Shown: in pieces, positions 57,531 to 64,000 of the stretch | Layout of the letters: each line of letters starts with the position of its first letter | How positions within the stretch are numbered: the stretch's first letter is position 1 | Origin: Candidatus Eiseniibacteriota bacterium | GTDB lineage: Bacteria > Eisenbacteria > RBG-16-71-46 > CAVPCR01 | Direction: 5' to 3' | Assembly: GCA_963823555.1 (NCBI GenBank) | Contig: CAWGMA010000001.1 | Span: forward strand, 736,001 to 800,000 | DNA: 64,000 bases | Made by a program: the position numbers and the translations under genes | The notes under the pieces: model-generated | Seen by the model: only the letters and a program-made list of their open reading frames with translations | Database searches by the model: none | Told to the model about the DNA's origin: nothing

Positions 57531-58811
57531 GTGGAAAAGGCAGGGGAGATCCAGATCACGCTCGAGAGCCTCGGGCACGGGCCGCATGCCATCGGTCATC
57601 TCGATGGCCAGGCGGTGTTCGTACGCGGTGGGGCGCCGGGGGACGAGGTGACCGCGCGTGTCACCCGCCGCCATGCGCGCCATCTGGTGGCCGAGCTCGT
57701 CGAGATCCTGAAGCCCGGACCGTCACGGCGGGACCCGCCGTGTCCCGCCTATCCGCTCTGCGGCGGTTGCTCGTGGCAGCATCTCGACTACCCCGCTCAG
57801 CTCGCGGCCAAGGTCGCCAATGTCAGGCGCGAGCTGGCACGACTCGGTGGCGATGTGAGCCTCGGTGAAGTGATCGCCGCGCCCGAAGAGTGGGCTTATC
57901 GGCGGCGCGTCCATCTGCACGTGGACCCCGCAGGTCGGGTCGGCTTCATGCATGCGAGAAGCCACCGGATCGTGGAGATCGAATCCTGCCTCATTGCCGA
58001 GGCCACGGTCGCGGCCGCCATCGTGCCGGCACGGCGACTCGTGCGCCAGCTACGCACTCCGGTCGAGAGCTGCGATGTCAGCACGCGGGGAGAGCTTCGG
58101 GAAGCGGTGCTGACATTCACCACGCTGGGACCGCTGGTACGCGGTGACGGCGGGCGCATCGAGCGCTTCCTGGCCGGCACGCCCGCCGTCTCCGGCATCG
58201 TTCTCGCCGGGCGCGGCTGGATGCGAACCTACGGCGCGGTGAAGCAGCGCGTGCGCCAGATGGATGGCTTCGTGGAGCTACCGCCTGCGGTCTTCACCCA
58301 GGCGAACACCCAAGCGAACGATCTCCTCCGGGCGCGCGTGGTCGATCTCGTATCCGATCCGCCGCCGGGTCGCATTCTCGAGCTCCACGCCGGAGCCGGG
58401 AATTTCACGCTGGCCCTCGCCCGCCACGCGGTGGCGCCTGGCGGCTCGGTCCATGCCGTCGAGCGCGAGAGCCGGAACGCCGCGGCGCTCCGGCGCGCCG
58501 CGCGCCAGATCGGGCAGGTCACCATCGAGCGCGCCACCGCGGCCGCAGCACTCGCCCGGGCGCGCGCGAGCGGGGAACCTTTCGACGTGGTGGTCCTCGA
58601 TCCCCCCCGCACCGGGTTCCGCGACGAGGCGCCGCTCCTCCTCGATCTCGCCCCGGCCCGGATCGTGGCCGTGTCCTGCGATCTGGCCACCTTCGGGCGT
58701 GATGCGCGGACGCTCCTGGCCGGCGGCTACCATCTCGATCACATCGACCTCGTGGATCTCTTCCCGCAGACCTTCCACCTGGAGCTCGTGGCCCGCTTCC
58801 GCCGCACCTAG
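57531..58811 (+). CDS. rlmD: TRAM-domain RNA m5U methyltransferase (RlmD/TrmA family)
   Basis: TRAM domain, CPAYPLCGGC, FTQAN, ELHAGAG, LDPPRTG, VSC and DLFPQTFHLE motifs. Confidence 0.85.
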   Translation: MEKAGEIQITLESLGHGPHAIGHLDGQAVFVRGGAPGDEVTARVTRRHARHLVAELVEILKPGPSRRDPPCPAYPLCGGCSWQHLDYPAQLAAKVANVRRELARLGGDVSLGEVIAAPEEWAYRRRVHLHVDPAGRVGFMHARSHRIVEIESCLIAEATVAAAIVPARRLVRQLRTPVESCDVSTRGELREAVLTFTTLGPLVRGDGGRIERFLAGTPAVSGIVLAGRGWMRTYGAVKQRVRQMDGFVELPPAVFTQANTQANDLLRARVVDLVSDPPPGRILELHAGAGNFTLALARHAVAPGGSVHAVERESRNAAALRRAARQIGQVTIERATAAAALARARASGEPFDVVVLDPPRTGFRDEAPLLLDLAPARIVAVSCDLATFGRDARTLLAGGYHLDHIDLVDLFPQTFHLELVARFRRT

Positions 58812-59056
58812 GGGGCCGCCCGGCCCACCCGGCGCCCCCGGGGGCTCGCCCCCGGGAGCGGCCTCCGGGGACCCCGGCGCGCGCCCGCCCCCGGGCGTTT
58901 TGCCCCAGCCCCGCCCTCCAGGCCTCGCAGCTTGCATTCCCGGCTTCAGAAGGGCCCAGGAACTTCCGATACACGCTCGGGAGCTGCGATCCGGCTCCAC
59001 CGCGCCATCCGCTGGCGCGGGCCACACCTCGGCACTGGCTTCATTGAGGTAACCCG

Positions 59057-60454
59057 ATGACCGGCGAACACATCCTGGTAGTTGATGACGAGCAGAGCAT
59101 GACCGAATTCATCTCGATCCTGCTCGGCAAGGACGGATACCGGGTCACAACCGTCAACTCGGGGGTCGAGGCCCTCGAGAAGGCGCAGGAATCCCGGGTC
59201 GATTGCGTCATCACCGACATCAAGATGCCGGGCATTGACGGGATTGCCGTCCTCGACGGGATCAAGCGCATCGATCCCTCGATTCCCGTCATCATCATGA
59301 CCGCATTCGCGTCGCGGCAGTCCGCCATCGATGCCGTCAACAAGGGCGCCTTCCAGTACCTGGAGAAGAGCGCCAACAACGACGAGATCAAGGTCACGGT
59401 CAAGAACGCACTGCGAATCCGCAAGGTGCAATCGGAAAACCAATTGCTCAAGCGCCAGCTCAAACGCACACACGAAGACCGCCCCATCATCGGCAAGAGC
59501 GAGGAGATGATGTCGGTGTTCAAGATGGTCGACAAGGTCGCCGAGACCGATTCCACCATCCTCATCTATGGCGAGAGCGGCACGGGCAAGGAGCTGATTG
59601 CCCGCGAGATCCACTATCGCTCCAAGCGGGCCAGCGGCCCCTTCGTCTCCATCAACTGCGGCGCCTTGCCCAAGGATCTCCTCGAGTCCAACCTCTTCGG
59701 TCACGTCAAGGGTTCATTCACGGGCGCCATCCGCGATCAGGACGGCATGCTCAAGGTGGCCGAGTGCGGGAGCTTCTTCCTGGACGAGGTGGGAGAGACC
59801 TCGCCGGCCACTCAGGTCAAGCTCCTGCGCGCGTTGCAGGAGCGCGAGATCATCCCGGTCGGCGGCACCAAGCCGATCAAGATCGATGTGCGTCTGATCG
59901 CCGCCACCAACGCCGATCTCGAGCGGCAGGTGACCGAGGGGCGCTTCCGCGCCGATCTCTACTACCGCCTCAACGTGATTCCGATCCGCCTGCCCTCGCT
60001 CCGTGAACGGCGCGACGACATCCCGCTCCTGGTCGATCATTTTCTCCGCAAGTGCTGCAACGAGGAGCTCAAGACCTGTGCCCGCGACGCGATGGATCTT
60101 CTCATCAAGTACGACTGGCCGGGCAACGTGCGGGAACTGGAGAACGTGATCGAGAGGGCGGTGATCCTGAACGAGGGCGGCATCATCGATGCCGGAGATC
60201 TGCCGATCAAGATCCGCACCGGCGGCATCCGCCGCGGCAGCCTGGTCATCGATTCGCCCTCCATGACCCTGGAGGAGCTCGAGCGCGAGTACATCCTGAA
60301 GGTGCTCAATCACACCAGCTGGCACAAGAAGCGCGCCTCCGAGATCCTCGGCATCAATGCGTCGACTCTCTACCGCAAGCTCCAGGCCTATCAGATGGAA
60401 GGCCAGGAGACGCCGGAAGACGGAGAGGATGACGAGGGGCGGATCGCCGCCTAG
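59057..60454 (+). CDS. pilR: Sigma-54-dependent response regulator, PilR-type
   Basis: Receiver domain (VVDDE, DIKMP), GESGTGKE, GSFTGA, WPGNVREL and Fis-type HTH. Confidence 0.9.
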   Translation: MTGEHILVVDDEQSMTEFISILLGKDGYRVTTVNSGVEALEKAQESRVDCVITDIKMPGIDGIAVLDGIKRIDPSIPVIIMTAFASRQSAIDAVNKGAFQYLEKSANNDEIKVTVKNALRIRKVQSENQLLKRQLKRTHEDRPIIGKSEEMMSVFKMVDKVAETDSTILIYGESGTGKELIAREIHYRSKRASGPFVSINCGALPKDLLESNLFGHVKGSFTGAIRDQDGMLKVAECGSFFLDEVGETSPATQVKLLRALQEREIIPVGGTKPIKIDVRLIAATNADLERQVTEGRFRADLYYRLNVIPIRLPSLRERRDDIPLLVDHFLRKCCNEELKTCARDAMDLLIKYDWPGNVRELENVIERAVILNEGGIIDAGDLPIKIRTGGIRRGSLVIDSPSMTLEELEREYILKVLNHTSWHKKRASEILGINASTLYRKLQAYQMEGQETPEDGEDDEGRIAA

Positions 60455-60626
60455 CGGGCGCCGGCATTGCAGGTTGATGCGGCGCCATGCACATCGCACG
60501 GACGATGCAGAACGCGACGGCGAAGGCGAATAGCGCGCGGCCGGATGGCCGCAGGAGACTGCGGGGAGCACACGCTCTCCAGCATAACCGGCCGCAACAG
60601 AACATGATACGAGCGGCGATCGAAGG

Positions 60627-60642
60627 TGGCATGGCCGATGCT
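60627..60642 (+). promoter_or_regulatory. Sigma-54 promoter for pilA
   Basis: TGGCATGGCCGATGCT, GG-N10-GC spacing, about 90 bp upstream of pilA; candidate UAS CATCG-N6-CGATG at 60492-60507. Confidence 0.7.
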
Positions 60643-60731
60643 ACCCCGGACGCAGCGAGTGTCAGCACGGCGCGACTCGGCGCCGAGACTTCACGGCGAA
60701 CAAGCCGGATCCGGAAGAGGAGGTTAGGTTC

Positions 60732-61142
60732 ATGCGCAGCATGAAGGGCTTCACCCTCATCGAGCTCATGATCGTGGTCGTGATCATCGGTATCCTGGCC
60801 GCGATTGCAATTCCGAACTTCGTACAGATGCAGGCTCGTGCCAAGGAAGCTGCGGTCAAGTCGAACATGCACACGACCCAGCTCGCGGCCGAGGACTATG
60901 CCGTTCGCAACAACGGCGACTACCCGGACAACGTTGCGGACTTCAGGGGCGCCCTGCCCGACACCTCGGGCTTCGTGAATCCGTTCACGGGCGCCATCGC
61001 CCTGCCGACCGACGCCACGGCGGCGGCGCAGGGTGCTGTCGGCTACGTCGACAACACGGTCAACAACGCGACGATCAGCTACGTGATCTCGGGCTACGGG
61101 AAGGATGCTCTCCTTCCGCTCACGCTGACCAACGGTTCGTAG
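60732..61142 (+). CDS. pilA: Type IVa major pilin
   Basis: MRSMKG/FTLIELMIVVVIIGILAAIAIPNF class III signal; 130-aa mature protein. Confidence 0.95.
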   Translation: MRSMKGFTLIELMIVVVIIGILAAIAIPNFVQMQARAKEAAVKSNMHTTQLAAEDYAVRNNGDYPDNVADFRGALPDTSGFVNPFTGAIALPTDATAAAQGAVGYVDNTVNNATISYVISGYGKDALLPLTLTNGS

Positions 61143-61185
61143 CCGATAGCGCGTGGCAGTCGGTTCCGATCCGGATCCGATGAGT

Positions 61186-61216
61186 GCGGCGCCTCCGCTC
61201 GAAACGGAGGCGCCGC
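61186..61216 (+). terminator. 12-bp hairpin after pilA (terminator or mRNA stabiliser)
   Basis: GCGGCGCCTCCG-CTCGAAA-CGGAGGCGCCGC; no U-tract. Confidence 0.6.
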
Positions 61217-61244
61217 CATCTCGCGCCTGAGAGGGGGACGCGCC

Positions 61245-62249
61245 GTGCAGGGAGCGCATGCGACGCTGGATGGGATGGACGCCATGGAGACCGGGCCGCG
61301 GCTCGCTGCCGAGCCGGCCCGCTTCGTCATTCGCATCGCGGGACTCGAGAAGAGCTTTCGATCGCCACTCACCCTGCAGCGAAAGCCGGTCTTGAGCGGC
61401 CTCGGCCTCGACGTCATCGAGGGCGAGGTTTTCGGCTTTCTGGGCCTGAATGGCGCCGGCAAGACCACCACCATCCGTTGCATGACGGGACTCTCACGGC
61501 CCGGACGGGGAACCGTTCGACTCTTCGGCGCCGACCCGCGGCTGCCGGCCGTCCGCCGTCGCCTGGGTTATCTGCCCGAGAATCCCGCCTTTCCCGATCA
61601 TCTGACTCCGATCGAGGTGCTCGACCTGGCCGGCCGCTTGAGCGAGCTCCCGGCACCGCACCGCCGCCGGCGCACCGACGAGGTCGTGGCCGCGCTCCGT
61701 CTGGAGCCCTTCGCCCGCACGCGGCTCCGCAAGCTCTCGAAAGGCACGGTGCAGCGCGTGGGGATCGCGCAGGCGATCCTCTCCGAGCCGGAACTCCTGA
61801 TCCTCGATGAACCGATGTCGGGCCTCGATCCGCTCGGTCGCAGCGACGTGCGCGATCTCATCGACCGCTGGCGCGCGGCGGGCCGTACCGTCTTCTTCAG
61901 CTCGCACATCGTGCCCGACGTCGAGGCCATCTGCGACCGCGTCGGGATCCTGAACCGGGGCCGGTTGACTCGCATCGGCCGCATCGAGGAACTGACGACC
62001 GTGCGCCTCCATGCCATCGAGATCCTGGTGCGGAACGTGTCCCCGGAGCTCGTGGCGCGCCTGTGCGGACCCGAGGACGTTCTCGAAGAGCGCGGGCCCA
62101 CGTTGCGCGTGCTGCTCCACGACCCCGAGTACCTGGACCGCTTCATCCTGCGCGTGCTGCAAGCGGGGGGACGCATCGAGACCCTCGATCGCCGGCGCGA
62201 GCGGCTCGAGGACTTCTTCGTCCGCTCGGCCGGGGAGGACGCGGCATGA
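61245..62249 (+). CDS. pilH: ABC transporter ATPase (Myxococcus PilH-like)
   Basis: GLNGAGKTT, LSKG, ILDEPMSGLDP and FFSSH motifs; directly after pilA; start may be 61275 or 61284. Confidence 0.85.
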   Translation: MQGAHATLDGMDAMETGPRLAAEPARFVIRIAGLEKSFRSPLTLQRKPVLSGLGLDVIEGEVFGFLGLNGAGKTTTIRCMTGLSRPGRGTVRLFGADPRLPAVRRRLGYLPENPAFPDHLTPIEVLDLAGRLSELPAPHRRRRTDEVVAALRLEPFARTRLRKLSKGTVQRVGIAQAILSEPELLILDEPMSGLDPLGRSDVRDLIDRWRAAGRTVFFSSHIVPDVEAICDRVGILNRGRLTRIGRIEELTTVRLHAIEILVRNVSPELVARLCGPEDVLEERGPTLRVLLHDPEYLDRFILRVLQAGGRIETLDRRRERLEDFFVRSAGEDAA

Positions 62250-63001
62250 GCCGGATCTGGGCCATCGCAATGCACACCGTACGGGAGGCCATGCGCGCGC
62301 AGGTGCTCTATGTCCTCGGCGTGTCCGGCCTCATCATCATCGCGGGATCGATGCTCCTGGCCCCGATCGCGCTCGGCCAGGTGCAGCGCATCGTCATCGA
62401 TCTCGGGCTCACGGCGATGAGCATCCTTGGTCTCTTGCTCCTCACTCTCCTCGGGATCAACGTGGTGGCGCGCGAGATCGAGCGCCGGACGGTCGACGTG
62501 TTGCTCGCCAAGCCGATCCGGCGGGCCGACTACGTGCTCGGGAAGTACCTGGGTCTGGTCATGACCCTGGCGATCCTCGTGGTGGTGCAGACCGCCTTCC
62601 TGCTCGTGGCCGGGGTCCTCGTCACCGGCGCCTTCGAGCCGCGGACCATGCTCGGCGGGGCCATGGTCTTTCTCGAGCTGGCAACCCTGGCCGCGGTGGT
62701 CGTGCTCTATGCGAGCTTCGCCGGCCCCCTGGTCGCGGCCTTTCTCACCGTCGCCACCTATGTCGCCGGCCACCTGGTCGCCGATCTCACCGATTTCGCG
62801 GCAGCGGCGGGAGCCTCCGCCATGGCCTGGGCCTATTACGCGCTCCCCAATCTCGCGAGCTTCGACGTCCGGCCGGAGGTCGTCCATGGGCTTCCCATCG
62901 AGTCGGGGCGGCTCCTCCTGACCGCGGCCCACGGCGCGAGCTACGCGGTGCTGGCCCTGGTCCTGGCCGTCATGGTCTTCGAGCGGCGCGAGCTCCGCTA
63001 G
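62246..63001 (+). CDS. pilI: ABC transporter permease (Myxococcus PilI-like)
   Basis: IAMHTVREAMR, EIERRT...LAKPIRRADYVLGKYLG and FERRELR motifs. Confidence 0.85.
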   Translation: MSRIWAIAMHTVREAMRAQVLYVLGVSGLIIIAGSMLLAPIALGQVQRIVIDLGLTAMSILGLLLLTLLGINVVAREIERRTVDVLLAKPIRRADYVLGKYLGLVMTLAILVVVQTAFLLVAGVLVTGAFEPRTMLGGAMVFLELATLAAVVVLYASFAGPLVAAFLTVATYVAGHLVADLTDFAAAAGASAMAWAYYALPNLASFDVRPEVVHGLPIESGRLLLTAAHGASYAVLALVLAVMVFERRELR

Positions 63002-63018
63002 GGAAGGAGAGAGACAGC

Positions 63019-63702
63019 ATGCACAGATCACGCTGGCTGCTTCTCCTCCTTGCCTTCGTGTGCGCGACGGCGTCGTTTGCCACGTCACGTGAGCTCCTCC
63101 GGCTCCGCCGCGATGGGCGGGCCGGGGGGGAGCTCATGTACTTCCCGTCGGGCTATCTCTTGAAGCCGATGGCGGTCGGACACCCGCTCACGCTCGCCGA
63201 TTTCCTCTGGCTGCGCGCCATCCAGTACTACGGCGAGCACCGGATGAGCGACAACCGTTTCCCGATGGCCGGCCACATCTTCGAGGTGATCACCGAGCTC
63301 GATCCCAACTTCGTCGAGGCCTACATGTTCGGCGGGCTCGTCCTCGCCGCCGAGGGTGGTGATCTCGATCGCGGACTCGTCCTGCTCAGGCAGGGAATCG
63401 CCTGGAATCCGGAGCGCTGGGAACTGCCGTTCTGGACCGGGTTCGTGCACTACGTCTCGACCAGGGACCACGCTCAGGCCGCGCGCTTCTTCACCCGCTC
63501 GAGCCGCTTGCCCGGCGCTCCACCGTACGTGAAGCGTTTTGCGGCCTACACCACGACGCAGGTGGGGGATCTCGCCGCCGCGCTCGCGCTGTGGGAGGAC
63601 CTGCTCGAGAGCTCCGATCATCCGGCGATGCGCGCGCTCGCCGAGCAGAAGGTGGCCGAGATCCGGGCCCAGCTCGCCGCCCGCGCCGGAGAGCCTTCGT
63701 GA
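63019..63702 (+). CDS. Pilus-associated TPR-like protein (Myxococcus PilG-like)
   Basis: AAGGAG RBS; N-terminal [15 protein letters not shown]...ITELDPNF motif. Confidence 0.75.
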   Translation: MHRSRWLLLLLAFVCATASFATSRELLRLRRDGRAGGELMYFPSGYLLKPMAVGHPLTLADFLWLRAIQYYGEHRMSDNRFPMAGHIFEVITELDPNFVEAYMFGGLVLAAEGGDLDRGLVLLRQGIAWNPERWELPFWTGFVHYVSTRDHAQAARFFTRSSRLPGAPPYVKRFAAYTTTQVGDLAAALALWEDLLESSDHPAMRALAEQKVAEIRAQLAARAGEPS

Positions 63703-63710
63703 GGACTGCC

Positions 63711-64000
63711 ATGTCGGACCCGACCTTCATCCTCGGAGTCTTCGCCTTCGTCTTCGGCTTGACGATCGGGAGCTTCCTGAATGTGGTCATCTACCGGTTG
63801 CCGCGCGGCGAGGGCCTCGCCGGTCGCTCCGGCTGCCCACATTGCCAGGCCCAGCTCGCCTGGTTCGATCTCGTGCCGCTCCTTTCCTTCCTTTTCCTGG
63901 CCGGACGGTGCCGGCGGTGCCAGGGCCGGATCTCCTGGCGGTACCCGCTGGTCGAGCTTCTGACCGGTCTCCTCGCGCTCGCCGTGCTCGTGCGCTTCGG
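63711..64000 (+). CDS. pilD: Prepilin peptidase (partial, runs off window)
   Basis: [23 protein letters not shown] and ISWRYPLVE motifs. Confidence 0.95.
   Translation, partial: MSDPTFILGVFAFVFGLTIGSFLNVVIYRLPRGEGLAGRSGCPHCQAQLAWFDLVPLLSFLFLAGRCRRCQGRISWRYPLVELLTGLLALAVLVRF

Noticed and set aside
59028..59046. Sigma-54 promoter upstream of pilR (CGGCACTGGCTTCAT)
   Set aside because: No GC dinucleotide at the required GG-N10-GC spacing
60732..61142. Electrically conductive (e-pilin) type pilin
   Set aside because: Only 10 of 130 residues are F/Y/W, position 27 is Met rather than aromatic, and the pilin is not truncated

Overview
High-GC bacterial chromosome segment. Two large secreted proteins end in PNPF...FlgD-Ig domains and the pilus cluster is Myxococcus/Geobacter-type, which suggests an FCB-group lineage such as Eisenbacteria or Latescibacteria (inference only). 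(1) 1-15.8 kb: a dense, almost entirely + strand array of about 25 small accessory genes (five GNATs, DinB, two DUF1579, methyltransferase, stand-alone 5'-3' exonuclease, pirin, VIT1, patatin, TfoX-N, cupin, ODP/MBL-fold), mixed with several truncated or internally deleted remnants. (2) 16-35 kb: a CotH-family secreted protein, a decayed ParE toxin-antitoxin pair, DinG helicase, DUF1254/1214, a ~570-nt hairpin-tiled noncoding region next to a broken TMEM175 gene, a multidomain secreted serine protease with three FDVF-motif repeats, proline iminopeptidase, hutU-hutI and a coiled-coil Cbp1-like protein. (3) 35-64 kb: a type IVa pilus region: SgmX-like TPR gene (frameshifted), PHP, solitary ECF S component plus outer-membrane barrel, ComEA, pilB (two +1 frameshifts), then a 9.6-kb block (YtxH/DUF948, methyltransferase, YfhO-type GT-C, two convergent membrane-embedded spermidine-synthase-fold paralogues), then pilT-pilC-pilS-rlmD-pilR-pilA-pilH-pilI-pilG-pilD. 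Sigma-54 promoter motifs lie upstream of pilB, pilT and pilA. I recognised no rRNA, tRNA, CRISPR array, integrase or transposase. The best candidates for new biology are the putative pilin/surface-modification block inside the pil locus and the structured noncoding element at 24.2-24.8 kb. All family assignments come from motif recognition by eye; no database searches were run.
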